Shown in pieces: positions 17,763 to 26,742 of a stretch of 64,000 bases of DNA. Position numbers and translations under genes: made by a program. Under the pieces are notes generated by a model. It saw nothing but the letters and a program-made list of their open reading frames with translations, did no database searches and was not told the origin of the DNA. The stretch is from Anaerolineae bacterium. Its GTDB lineage: Bacteria; Chloroflexota; Anaerolineae; UBA3071. Each line of letters starts with the position of its first letter. Within the stretch, counting starts at the first letter, position 1. The stretch lies in the NCBI GenBank assembly GCA_029907105.1, contig JARYMM010000013.1, forward strand, positions 3,433-67,432, given 5' to 3'.

Positions 17763-18793
17763 TGTTCCAGGTTTCAGGTTCGAGGTTTCAGGTTGCACGG
17801 TGTCGTCTCCCGAAACCTGCAACCCGGAGCTGGAAACCCATATTCCTGTCCTTGGGTTTCCTGTTGGCCGTGGGTTACGTCCTTTCTCGCCGCCTGACGC
17901 GCCGCAACAGGCCCGATGAGACACGCAGTCCGGCGGAATATGGCCTGGCCTTCGAGGAAGTGGCCTTTCCCGCCCGTGATGGCCTGACGCTGCGCGGCTG
18001 GTGGATCCCTGCCCCCGGCTCCGATCGCGCCGTGATCCTGCTCCATGGCCACGGCGGCAGCATGGACCCGGACGTACAGTACGTGCCGGCCCTGCATGCC
18101 GCCGGCTTCAACGTGCTGATGTTCGATTTCCGGGCGCATGGCCGTAGCGATGGCCACATCAGCACCGCCGGCTACCTGGAGCGGCAGGACGTCCTGGGCG
18201 CTGTGGACTTCGTGCGGGCCAAGGGGATCGAGCGCCTGGGCCTGCTGGGTTTCTCCATGGGCGGGATGGTGGCCATGCTCACCGCGCCGCTCTGCCCGCA
18301 TGTGCAGGCCGTGATCTCCGATGGCGGGCCGGCGCGTCTCAGGACCTCGCTGACGGTCTGGGGACAGGAACGGGGGGTGCCTCGGCCGCTGGCCGATGTG
18401 TTGGCCTGGCTAACCCTGGTCGTCACTTCCCTGCGCCTGGGGGCGAACCAGTTTCGCTACGAACCGGTGCGCTGGGTGGGCAGGATCGCCCCCCGGCCGA
18501 TCCTCTTCATCCACGGCGACCACGACCAGTACCTCCCGCCGGCCGATTTCGCCGCTCTGGTCGCTGCGGCCGGCCCAACGGCCGAGGTCTGGCGTGTTCC
18601 CGAGGCCGGGCATCGCACGGTGGATCAGCTCTATCCCGACGAATACCGCCGCCGTATTGTCGCCTTTTTCGATAGGCACGTAGGGGCGCACGGCCGTGCG
18701 CCCCTACACGGCCGTGCGCCCCTACACGGCCATGCGCCCCTAGGGGAGATGGGTGATGAAACGCCTGCGCTGGTACGATCATGTCTCCATTAA
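17762..18793 (+). CDS. Alpha/beta-fold hydrolase (membrane-anchored) with a C-terminal tail encoded by palindromic repeats
   Basis: TM segment IFLSLGFLLAVGYVL, then ILLHGHGGS, nucleophile elbow GFSMGG, IHGDHD. No in-frame ATG follows hflX, so the GTG at 17762 is tentative. The last ~40 aa (GAHGRAPLHGRAPLHGHAPL...) come from the repeat array and overlap the next gene. Confidence 0.7.
   Translation: MFQVSGSRFQVARCRLPKPATRSWKPIFLSLGFLLAVGYVLSRRLTRRNRPDETRSPAEYGLAFEEVAFPARDGLTLRGWWIPAPGSDRAVILLHGHGGSMDPDVQYVPALHAAGFNVLMFDFRAHGRSDGHISTAGYLERQDVLGAVDFVRAKGIERLGLLGFSMGGMVAMLTAPLCPHVQAVISDGGPARLRTSLTVWGQERGVPRPLADVLAWLTLVVTSLRLGANQFRYEPVRWVGRIAPRPILFIHGDHDQYLPPADFAALVAAAGPTAEVWRVPEAGHRTVDQLYPDEYRRRIVAFFDRHVGAHGRAPLHGRAPLHGHAPLGEMGDETPALVRSCLH
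17763..17802. repeat. Inverted copy of the 15071-15110 word-repeat element
   Basis: tgttccaggtttcaggttcgaggtttcaggttgcacggtg. It is translated as the probable N-terminus of the next ORF. Confidence 0.75.
18680..18744. repeat. Array of GC-rich palindromic elements, family C (core gcgcacggccgtgcgc)
   Basis: gtaggggcgcacggccgtgcgcccctacacggccgtgcgcccctacacggccatgcgcccctagggg. Confidence 0.9.
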
Positions 18794-20219
18794 CCTCTTC
18801 TGGCTGGGCCTGAACATCCGCAACAACGCCGTGGGCTCGCTTTTCATGCCCTACCTGGTGGATGCCTTCGTGCGGCCCGAGGTGAAGAACACGGCGCTGG
18901 GGGCCATGCGCACCGCCGGTCTGATCATTGCCATGCTGGTCCAGCCGGCAGCAGGGCTGCTGAGTGACCGCAGCACGTCGCGCTTTGGCCGTCGCCGGCC
19001 TTTCATCTTTGTCGGCGTGTTGCTGGACCTGCTCTTCCTGGCCGCTATCGGCCTGGCCTGGAACTACTGGGCGCTGTTGGTCGCCATCTTGCTGCTGCAA
19101 TTTTCCTCCAATGTGTCCCATGGGCCGCTGCAAGGGCTGATCCCCGACCTGGTGCCGGAGGAGCAGCGCGGGCTGTCGTCGGGCATCAAGGCCGTCATGG
19201 AACTGCTGCCCCTGATCCTGATCGCTTTCACCATTGCCAGGCTGGTCGGGGCCGGGCAGATGGGTTGGGCCATCGTGGCCACCGGCGCGGCGCTGCTGGT
19301 CATCATGCTGCTCACCATGGCCCTGGTGAAGGAAGAAGGGGCGCACGGCCGTGCGCCCCTACTGCGCGAGAGGCCCGACACCCCGCTGGGGCCGCCGATG
19401 CGACGCGTGCTGGGCATGCTGGCGGGGATCGGCGCGGGCGCCGCGGCAGGGCTGGTCGGGGGCGGCGTGGTGGGTGGGCTGGCAGGCTTGATCACCTGGC
19501 CGCTGGCAGGCGCTCCGACGGCCAGGGCAGTCGCCGCCGGCGTGGGCGGGCTGGTGGCCATGGCCGGGGCGGTCGTGGTCGGCGTGTGGGCAGGCTCTTT
19601 GGGCAGCCTGGGCCAGGATGCTCGCCGTCGAAGCCCCTTCACCTGGTGGGTGGTCAACCGCCTGATGTTCCTGGCCGCGGCGACCTCCATCCAGGGCTTT
19701 GCCCTGTACTTCCTGATGTACGCCTTCCACATCACCCGCGAGGCTGCCGCCGAGATGACCGGCAACCTGATGATGGTGGTGGGGGTGTTCACCCTGCTGA
19801 CCGCCCTGCCCGGCGGCTGGCTGGCGGACAGGTTGGGGCACAAACGGCTGGTCGGCGTCAGCGGGTTGGTGGCGGCGGCCAGCGCTTTCCTCCTCCTGGG
19901 GACGATCTGGGTTCCCAACCTGGCCTTGATTTACGTTGCCGGCTGCATCCTGGGCATGGCGGTAGGGCTGTTCATGACCGCCAACTGGGCCCTGGGCACT
20001 GTCCTGGTGCCAGGTGTGGAGGCCGGGCGTTACCTGGGCATCTCCAACCTGGCCGGCGCGGGCGCCGGGATGATCGGCACCGGCATCGGTGGGCCGCTGG
20101 CGGACGTTCTCAACGGCTACCTGCCAGGGCTGGGCTACTTTGCCATCTTCGCCTGCTACGGCGTTCTCTTCATCCTGAGCACAGTTAGCCTGCGCTGGGT
20201 GCGGGCAGGATCGGATTGA
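18756..20219 (+). CDS. MFS transporter
   Basis: About 12-14 hydrophobic segments, with an RFGRRRP-type loop motif between TM2 and TM3. The central loop carries an in-frame palindromic element (EEGAHGRAPLL, 19335-19362). ATG at 18756 is preferred to GTG at 18753. Confidence 0.75.
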   Translation: MKRLRWYDHVSINLFWLGLNIRNNAVGSLFMPYLVDAFVRPEVKNTALGAMRTAGLIIAMLVQPAAGLLSDRSTSRFGRRRPFIFVGVLLDLLFLAAIGLAWNYWALLVAILLLQFSSNVSHGPLQGLIPDLVPEEQRGLSSGIKAVMELLPLILIAFTIARLVGAGQMGWAIVATGAALLVIMLLTMALVKEEGAHGRAPLLRERPDTPLGPPMRRVLGMLAGIGAGAAAGLVGGGVVGGLAGLITWPLAGAPTARAVAAGVGGLVAMAGAVVVGVWAGSLGSLGQDARRRSPFTWWVVNRLMFLAAATSIQGFALYFLMYAFHITREAAAEMTGNLMMVVGVFTLLTALPGGWLADRLGHKRLVGVSGLVAAASAFLLLGTIWVPNLALIYVAGCILGMAVGLFMTANWALGTVLVPGVEAGRYLGISNLAGAGAGMIGTGIGGPLADVLNGYLPGLGYFAIFACYGVLFILSTVSLRWVRAGSD

Positions 20220-20235
20220 GTGTGTTTAGTTGACT

Positions 20236-20264
20236 TGCATATGCTGGCGATTAGTGGTACAATC
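20236..20264 (+). promoter_or_regulatory. Sigma70-like promoter of the toxin-antitoxin operon
   Basis: TTGCAT, 17 nt, TACAAT in a lower-GC intergenic region. Confidence 0.4.
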
Positions 20265-20353
20265 AGCCTGGAAAGTACAGCGAGCAAGATGTGAACCCCT
20301 GGTCAACATGTGTTCAGGGTCAGGTCAAGAGAAAGCAGGAATGGTGGAAGAAG

Positions 20354-20581
20354 ATGAACGCCATTCGTATTCTAGCCAGGCCGGGAGCAGATGGTGAGTT
20401 GGTGCTCACCAATCTTCCGGTGGAGAAAGAGCAGCTTCTGGAGATCATCATCCTGCCCTATGAGGGTCCTGAAGAAGAAGGATTAGCTCTTTCCCTGCTT
20501 CAACATGATCCAGGCTATGCATTTCTGTGGGACTCGGCCGAGGATTTGTACACCGAAGCTGATGTGAAAGCCATTGCCTGA
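20354..20581 (+). CDS. Putative antitoxin (family not recognised)
   Basis: 75 aa. Its stop overlaps the toxin start (cTGATGa). The call rests on position and size. ATG at 20354 is preferred to the upstream GTG. Confidence 0.5.
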   Translation: MNAIRILARPGADGELVLTNLPVEKEQLLEIIILPYEGPEEEGLALSLLQHDPGYAFLWDSAEDLYTEADVKAIA

Positions 20582-20937
20582 TGATCCAGCGCGCCGACAT
20601 CGTACTGGCACGTTTCCCCTTTGTTGATCAAGCCGGCAGCAAGATTCGTCCCGTGCTGATCCTGGCCGAAATCCCAGGCCCACATCGTGATTTCCTGGTC
20701 ATGTTCATCTCATCGCAATTGCACCAGGCCCTCCCCGGTATTGACCTCATTGTGTCCCCAGCACATCCTGCCTTTGCCCATACAGGCCTCAAAACCGCTT
20801 CGGTGTTCAAGGTGTTCAAGATCGCGTCCCTGTCCCAAGCCTTGGTTCTGGGGCCTATAGGCCATCTTGACGACGATGTATTCCATGTTTTGATTGACCG
20901 TCTGATATGCCTGCTGCGGACTGGCCGGATGTCTTGA
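20581..20937 (+). CDS. Type II toxin, PemK/MazF-family mRNA interferase
   Basis: 118 aa. ADIVLARFPFVDQAGSKIRPVLILAE ... ASVFKVFKIASL is typical of the PemK/MazF SH3-like barrel. Confidence 0.75.
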   Translation: MIQRADIVLARFPFVDQAGSKIRPVLILAEIPGPHRDFLVMFISSQLHQALPGIDLIVSPAHPAFAHTGLKTASVFKVFKIASLSQALVLGPIGHLDDDVFHVLIDRLICLLRTGRMS

Positions 20938-20964
20938 ACAAGGTATAAATAAGAAAGGATCCCC

Positions 20965-23900
20965 ATGAGCAAAAGAGGTCTGTTCGGTTGGATTGTCCTG
21001 CTGGTCGCCATGGCGCTGTGGATACCGCCAGTCAGTAGGGGCGGGTCTGAGACCCGCCCCTACTCGCAGGCACGGGAAGTGATGGAAGCGGCCAGGCCTC
21101 CCCTGCCAACAGCGGCGTCTCTTTCGGCCGAAGCCGTGCCCGTCTCCATTACTCTGGACTCGTCTCTTCACAGGCAAGGGTCAGCCATCCGCGGGCTGGA
21201 AGACCGCCTGGCTCAGCTATACGCTGCGCACGAGGCCGGTGACTCCGACAGGCTGGCAGCCTTTGCCGGGGAGCGCCACGTGGACCTGGCCGGAGCGGCT
21301 GTACGGGTCATCCTGGAGATGGGCAAAAGCCCCGAGGCGCACGCGGTCGGCGGGCCGGGCGTGGAGAGCGTGGCCCTGCCCGATGGGCGCACGGCGCAGA
21401 TCGCCCACGCGCCGCGCGTCGCCATCGGCCAGGACCTGGCCGAGGCCATCGCCGCAGCCGGTGCCACCTATGAAACAGCCTATGAGAACTGGGTGCAGGT
21501 GCTGGCCCCGCTGGCCAGCCTGAAACTATTGGCCCAGATACCTGGCGTGCGCTATGTCCGCCTGCCCTTTCCCATCGAGCCGGACCAGACGCCAGCCGGG
21601 GAAGTGTCAGCGGGCTCTGGCCCCCTGGTCGGCACGCAGACCACGCAGGGCGTGGACCTGGCCAATGCCAGCACCTGGCACGCCGCCGGTTTCGACGGCA
21701 CGGGTGTCCACCTGGCCGTCTTCGACAACGGCTTCACCGGCTGGGAAGCCCGCCAGGCCGGTGGTGATCTGCCCGGCGGGGGCAGCCTGCTGCTGCACGA
21801 CTTCAGCGCCGCCTACAGCTTCGGGCCGCCGGGCACCCCCGGTGAAGAGCATGGCACCGCCTGCGCCGAGATCGCCTACGACATGGCGCCGGGCGCCATC
21901 GTGCATCTCTACGCCTGGGGCACCGAGGCCGAATTCGGCAACGCTGTGAATGACTACATCAACAACGTCAGCGGCAAGAAAGCGGCCACACAATCCATCG
22001 GCTGGCTTAACGCTGGCCCCTACGATGGCACCGGCTCCCTCGACGCCATCGTTAACAACGCCCAGGCCGCCGGCATCTTCTGGGCCAACGCCGCCGGCAG
22101 CTATCAGAAGCAGCACTGGTCCGGCACGGCCATCCGACATGGTAGCACTGACAGCGTCGCCTTCGGCGATGGCAATGTGCAGGGCTTTGGCCCGGAACCG
22201 GGTTACGTATGGAATATCCCGGCCGGCTCGACGATCACCGCCTTCCTGGAGTGGAACGATTGGAACGCTGCCCGCACCGGCAACCAGAGCCACATTGATT
22301 ATGACCTGTATCTTCTGCGCTGGACGGGCAGCGCCTGGGGCGTGGCAGCTCGCTCAGAAGGAAACCAGTGCTCTGGCTCTGTCCCGCCCACCGAGGCCAT
22401 CGTCTACACCACCTCCAGCGGCGGCTACTTCGGGCTGTACATCCAGCGCGATACAGGCGGCGGGACCTGCCCCAACAACTTTGGCCACTGGCTGCAGCTC
22501 TTCACCGCCAACGGTTTTGACCAACCCGGTCAGGGGGCCATGAACAGCTTCTGGTACACCAACCCCTGCAACAGCATCACCATACCCGCTGACAGTGACA
22601 GTACCGTGGCCGTGGGGAGCACCTTCTGGAACGAGGACGGCACGCCTCCGCTCTACGGCCTGGAGACCTTCTCCAGCTTTGGGCCGCGCAACGGGCCCGG
22701 CGGCACCAATCCCGGCGCCGCCGTCAACAAGCCAGATGTGGTGGCGCCAGACGGCGTGGACACCGTCACTTACGGCGCCAGCAACGGCGTCAATTTTGCC
22801 AACGAGGGCAGCGGCTTCTGGGGCACGTCGGCCTCGGCGCCCCATGTGGCCGGCCTGGCCGCCACGGCCTGGGAAGGCTACCCGGCCTATACCCTGGCCC
22901 AACTGCGCAACTATGTGCAGGATCAGGCACTATACAAGGCGGATGGCGGGACTTGCGGTGGTGCGTTGGCTGCGGCCGGCCTTTCCCCCAGGAGCGGCAC
23001 GCAGAACAACCGCTACGGGTGGGGCCGCATCCACCTGGGCGCAGCGCCTGTCGCTACGCCCACGCCGACCGCCACATCGGAGCCGACCGGCACTGCCACC
23101 TCCACCCCCACACCGACGGCAACGGCCACCTCAGGGCCGACCGGCACCGCCACTCCTACTCCAACCCGGACATCTACGTCAACACCGACCCGGACGCCCA
23201 CGCCAACAACGACCCGGACGCCCACACCCACGCCCACTCAGGCCCAGGTTCCTGTCCCCTGGCAAGGCTATCTGGTTCTGGACGGGACGGATGATTACGC
23301 TGAGACACCAGACCACCCAGAACTGGACATCAGCGATGAGGCGGGCGAGAACCTGACCGTGGAAGGCTGGGTCAATTTCAGCACCTTCGGCCCGGCACAG
23401 GTGGCCAGGAAGCCCAATGCCTACGCGCTGTACACCGAACGACAGACCTCGGGCTCATATACCATGCGCTGCCTGACCTTCCAGTTGTGGCAGGGAGCGA
23501 GCTCCTGGTTTTTGCGGCATTGCACCACCCAGTATGGTGGCGGGTTCTGGATCCCCGGCTGGCATCACGTGGCTGGCGTATATGACCGGGACGGCGGCGA
23601 AATACGGCTGTATATGGATGGCCAGCGATTGGGCGAACCCTCTCACATCGGACAGGTCACGGTCAACAATACGGCCGATCCCCTCCGGGTGGGCGATAAA
23701 GTGGCCGGGCTGATGGAGGAGGTGCGCCTCTCGGCCAGCGCCCGCTATAGTGGGGCGAGCTATGCGGTGCCCAACGCGCCATTCTCCTGCGATGGTCAAA
23801 CGCGCGCCTTATGGCATTTCGACGAGCACCATGGCGCCACCGAGTTCCACGACGCCTGCGGAGCAGACAATGTGCTCACCGGCTACAACGGGGCGCACAG

Positions 23901-24111
23901 CGAGGGCGGCCTGGTCGCTACCTCTACCCCCACAGCAACGCCCACCGGGACGGCAACGCCCACGCCGACAGCTACAGTCACACAGACGCCGACAGCGACG
24001 CCCACCCGGCCGCCTGTCCTGGATCGCTTCTGCTATCTGCCACTCCTGCTGAAGCATCATACACCGGCTTCCGCAACGGCATCCATCATCCCAGGCGGAC
24101 GTGAACGGTGA
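20965..24111 (+). CDS. Secreted subtilase (peptidase S8) with PT-rich linkers and a LamG/concanavalin-A-like C-terminal domain
   Basis: Signal peptide. Catalytic triad contexts are HLAVFDNGF (Asp), EEHGTACAEIAYDMAPGA (His) and GTSASAPHVAGLAA (Ser). Two (T/P)n linkers are present. The LamG-like region reads LVLDGTDDYAE...LTVEGWVNF...WHHVAGVYD..IRLYMDG. Confidence 0.85.
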   Translation: MSKRGLFGWIVLLVAMALWIPPVSRGGSETRPYSQAREVMEAARPPLPTAASLSAEAVPVSITLDSSLHRQGSAIRGLEDRLAQLYAAHEAGDSDRLAAFAGERHVDLAGAAVRVILEMGKSPEAHAVGGPGVESVALPDGRTAQIAHAPRVAIGQDLAEAIAAAGATYETAYENWVQVLAPLASLKLLAQIPGVRYVRLPFPIEPDQTPAGEVSAGSGPLVGTQTTQGVDLANASTWHAAGFDGTGVHLAVFDNGFTGWEARQAGGDLPGGGSLLLHDFSAAYSFGPPGTPGEEHGTACAEIAYDMAPGAIVHLYAWGTEAEFGNAVNDYINNVSGKKAATQSIGWLNAGPYDGTGSLDAIVNNAQAAGIFWANAAGSYQKQHWSGTAIRHGSTDSVAFGDGNVQGFGPEPGYVWNIPAGSTITAFLEWNDWNAARTGNQSHIDYDLYLLRWTGSAWGVAARSEGNQCSGSVPPTEAIVYTTSSGGYFGLYIQRDTGGGTCPNNFGHWLQLFTANGFDQPGQGAMNSFWYTNPCNSITIPADSDSTVAVGSTFWNEDGTPPLYGLETFSSFGPRNGPGGTNPGAAVNKPDVVAPDGVDTVTYGASNGVNFANEGSGFWGTSASAPHVAGLAATAWEGYPAYTLAQLRNYVQDQALYKADGGTCGGALAAAGLSPRSGTQNNRYGWGRIHLGAAPVATPTPTATSEPTGTATSTPTPTATATSGPTGTATPTPTRTSTSTPTRTPTPTTTRTPTPTPTQAQVPVPWQGYLVLDGTDDYAETPDHPELDISDEAGENLTVEGWVNFSTFGPAQVARKPNAYALYTERQTSGSYTMRCLTFQLWQGASSWFLRHCTTQYGGGFWIPGWHHVAGVYDRDGGEIRLYMDGQRLGEPSHIGQVTVNNTADPLRVGDKVAGLMEEVRLSASARYSGASYAVPNAPFSCDGQTRALWHFDEHHGATEFHDACGADNVLTGYNGAHSEGGLVATSTPTATPTGTATPTPTATVTQTPTATPTRPPVLDRFCYLPLLLKHHTPASATASIIPGGRER

Positions 24112-24119
24112 TGTCTCGG

Positions 24120-24224
24120 TAAGGGGCGGGTCTCAGACCCGCCCTTGCAGGGGCGGTGCACAGTCCGCCAGTCTCGTAGGGGCGCAAGGCCTTGCGCCCT
24201 GGGCGCAAGGCCTTGCGCCCCTAC
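24120..24224. repeat. Cluster of palindromic elements (one family B copy and two tandem family A copies) between convergent genes; probable bidirectional terminator
   Basis: aaggggcgggtctcagacccgcccttgc ... gtaggggcgcaaggccttgcgccctgggcgcaaggccttgcgcccctac. The mutY stop codon TAG lies in the terminal GTAG. Confidence 0.8.
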
Positions 24225-25342
24225 GTACTCATCGGGCTTTCGCTGTGCGCGCCCCGCTGGTCTCGATGCCCGTGCAGGGCAGCGATGATCTTCTGATCGG
24301 CCACGGGGAAGGCGAAGCGGGGAAGCTCGCCGGGCAGCACCCAGCGCACGTCGGCGCAGCCCAGGGCACGCGGTTCGCCATTCAGCACGCGGCAATGGAA
24401 GGCGTGCAGGGTGATGCGGAAGTGGCTGTAGGCATGGCGCACACTGGCCACCGGCTCGCCGACGGCAATCTCCAGGCCCAACTCCTCCCGCACCTCCCGC
24501 TGCAGGCATTCGGCCAGCGTCTCGCCCGCCTCGCAGCGCCCGCCGGGAAACTCCCACAGCCCGCCCAGCATATCCCCCGCCTGGCGCTGGGCGATGAGCA
24601 CCCGGCCATCGTCGTTCCAGATCACGGCTGCCGTGACCTGGTAGTGGGGTACAGCGCGGCGGGACAGGCGCCGGGGAAGCTCCTCCTGCCGGCCCTGGCG
24701 CTGTCCTTCGCATAGTCCATCAAGCGGGCAGGCTGCACAGTCAGGCTGTCGCGGCGTGCAGACCACCGCCCCCAGATGCATCAGCCCCTGATTGAAGTCC
24801 CCGGCCTGCCCCGGCGGCAACAGGCGGCGAGCCAGCTCGCGCAAACGCCGCTGGGCTGCCGCCTTGCGCAAATCCTCGTCGAAGGCGAACAGCCGGCACA
24901 GCACACGGCGCGCGTTGCCGTCCACGGCCGGCTCGGCCTGGCCGAAGGCGATGCTGAGGATGGCCCCGGCGGTGTAATCGCCAATGCCGGGCAGGGCCAG
25001 GAGCTGTTGGCGATCGGCAGGGAGCTGGCCACCGTGGCGCTCCAGGACCAGCCGGGCGGCGGCGAGGAGATGACGGGCGCGGGCGTAATAGCCCAACCCT
25101 GCCCAGATTCCGAGCACATCGTCGAGATGGGCAACAGCCAGGTCGGGAAGCGTGGGGAAACGGGCCAGGAAACGGTCATAGTAGGGAAGCACGGTGGCCA
25201 CCTGCGTCTGCTGCAACATGACCACGGCCACCCAGATGGCGTAGGGGTCTTTGGTGCGCCGCCAGGGGAAATCGGGCAGCGACTGCGCCGTCCAGTCCAG
25301 CAGCCGCTGCGTGATGGCGGCGAATGGCTCAGGCGTGGTCAT
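24221..25342 (-). CDS. mutY: A/G-specific adenine DNA glycosylase MutY (HhH-GPD, 4Fe-4S, NUDIX-like C-terminus)
   Basis: DPYAIWVAVVMLQQTQV, GLGYYARA, a CTPRQPDCAACPLDGLC cluster, and NUDIX-like GGLWEFPGGRCEAGE..REVREELG. The start is set at the internal Met (MTTPEPF, 25342). The ORF extension upstream runs through repeats. Confidence 0.9.
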   Translation of the reverse strand: MTTPEPFAAITQRLLDWTAQSLPDFPWRRTKDPYAIWVAVVMLQQTQVATVLPYYDRFLARFPTLPDLAVAHLDDVLGIWAGLGYYARARHLLAAARLVLERHGGQLPADRQQLLALPGIGDYTAGAILSIAFGQAEPAVDGNARRVLCRLFAFDEDLRKAAAQRRLRELARRLLPPGQAGDFNQGLMHLGAVVCTPRQPDCAACPLDGLCEGQRQGRQEELPRRLSRRAVPHYQVTAAVIWNDDGRVLIAQRQAGDMLGGLWEFPGGRCEAGETLAECLQREVREELGLEIAVGEPVASVRHAYSHFRITLHAFHCRVLNGEPRALGCADVRWVLPGELPRFAFPVADQKIIAALHGHRDQRGAHSESPMST

Positions 25343-25385
25343 CTGGTCGTCGAGTTGTCGCGTCGTCACGTGGTCAGGTGGTCGC

Positions 25386-25450
25386 GTAGGGGCGGGTCTG
25401 AGTAGGGGCGCAAGGCCTTGCGCCCTGGGCGCAAGGCCTTGCGCCCCTAC
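25386..25450. repeat. Half family B copy plus two tandem family A palindromic elements
   Basis: gtaggggcgggtctgagtaggggcgcaaggccttgcgccctgggcgcaaggccttgcgcccctac. Confidence 0.85.
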
Positions 25451-25668
25451 TAACCACCCGCAGGCGGGGCGAAGAGCTGCGGTGCCCCGCAGGTGATGGC
25501 CACCCATACGATGGCCAGCAAGATCAGGATCACCCAGGTCCACACGGGCAAGCCCAGGATGCGCAGGGGTTTCTTCTCCGGCATGGGTTTGGGCAGCTCC
25601 GTCTGGCAACGCCAGCACACCCGCTTGTCGTCTGGATTCCAGGTGCCGCAATTGGGACAATCAGGCAT
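25450..25668 (-). CDS. Small zinc-ribbon membrane protein
   Basis: 72 aa with a GGAGG SD. MPDCPNCGTWNPDDKRVCWRCQ (CxxC..CxxC), then one TM segment (LGLPVWTWVILILLAIVWVAI). Confidence 0.5.
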   Translation of the reverse strand: MPDCPNCGTWNPDDKRVCWRCQTELPKPMPEKKPLRILGLPVWTWVILILLAIVWVAITCGAPQLFAPPAGG

Positions 25669-25681
25669 AGGACACCTCCAG

Positions 25682-26713
25682 CTACCAGTGTACCAACACG
25701 GCCGCGCCGCGCACCTCCGCCCGCTTGAGTCGTTGCAGGACGGCGTTGGCTTCCTCCAACGGATACAACTCCACGTCGGTGTGGATGGGGATCTCCGCCG
25801 CCAGTTGCAGCAGCTCTTCGGCATCTCGCCGCGTGAGGTTGGCCACGCTGCGCACCGTGCGCTCGCCGTAGATGAGGCTATAGTCCATCTCTGGGATAGG
25901 GCTCATGTGGATGGCGTTGATGGCCAGCGTGCCCCCCTTGCGCAGCCGGGCAAGCGCCCGCGGCACGATCCAGCCCGCCGGAGCGAAGGTGATGCTGGCA
26001 TCCATAGGCGCCGGCGGCTCATCCTCGGCTCCGCCCACCCACTCCGCACCCAGTTCAAGGGCATGCTGGCGGTGCTCCTCGCTGCGGGTGAAGACGTAGA
26101 CCTGGCAGCCCCAGTGACGGGCCACCTGGATGGTCACGTGTGCCGAGGCGCCGAAGCCATAGAGCCCCAGCCGCTGCCCAGGCGCACGGCCGTGCGCCCC
26201 TACTTCGCATAGCCGCAGGGAACGATAGCCGATGACACCGGCACACAACAGGGGCGCAGCCTGGACATCGGGGATAGAAGGGGGAATGGGGAAGGCGTAA
26301 GCGGCGGGGACAACCATATATTTCGCATAGCCGCCGTCAGCGTGCAGGCCGGTGAAACGGGCGCTGTCGCACAGGTTCTCCAGCCCTCGACGACAATAGT
26401 CGCACTCGCCGCATGACGAGTAGAGCCATGTCACGCCCACCCGCTGGCCCGGGCGGAAGCGGCTGACATTCGCCCCCATGCTCTCCACAACGCCCACAAT
26501 CTGATGGCCGGGCACGATAGGGGCGCACGGCCGTGCGCCCCTACTGGGCAGCGGCAGTTCGCCCTCCACCGTGTGCAGGTCGGTGTGGCAGACGCCACAG
26601 GCGAGCACCTCAATGCGCACCTCATCGGCACCCGGTTCTGGCAAAGGCAACTCCGTCAGTTCCAGCGGATTCTCCTCCACCGGCCGGGGAGCCTTCAGGA
26701 CCATGGCCTTCAT
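25682..26713 (-). CDS. Zinc-dependent alcohol dehydrogenase (MDR family) carrying two in-frame palindromic-element inserts
   Basis: CGVCHTDLH, PGHQIVG, a structural-Zn CGECDYCRRGLENLC, and GLYGFGASAH. Inserts are SRGARPCAP (26517-26543) and GAHGRAP (26181-26203). Confidence 0.85.
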   Translation of the reverse strand: MKAMVLKAPRPVEENPLELTELPLPEPGADEVRIEVLACGVCHTDLHTVEGELPLPSRGARPCAPIVPGHQIVGVVESMGANVSRFRPGQRVGVTWLYSSCGECDYCRRGLENLCDSARFTGLHADGGYAKYMVVPAAYAFPIPPSIPDVQAAPLLCAGVIGYRSLRLCEVGAHGRAPGQRLGLYGFGASAHVTIQVARHWGCQVYVFTRSEEHRQHALELGAEWVGGAEDEPPAPMDASITFAPAGWIVPRALARLRKGGTLAINAIHMSPIPEMDYSLIYGERTVRSVANLTRRDAEELLQLAAEIPIHTDVELYPLEEANAVLQRLKRAEVRGAAVLVHW

Positions 26714-26742
26714 TTGTCTTTCGTCCTTCGTCTTTGGTCACT

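Noticed and set aside
25343-25660. N-terminal 106-codon extension of the mutY ORF, and similar extensions at 17522-17761, 49435-49641, 50501-50788, 32576-32662, 37526-37600 and 7383-8456.
   Set aside because: The extensions run through repeats, MITE sequence or the preceding gene. They lack family similarity, and better internal starts with SD sequences exist.
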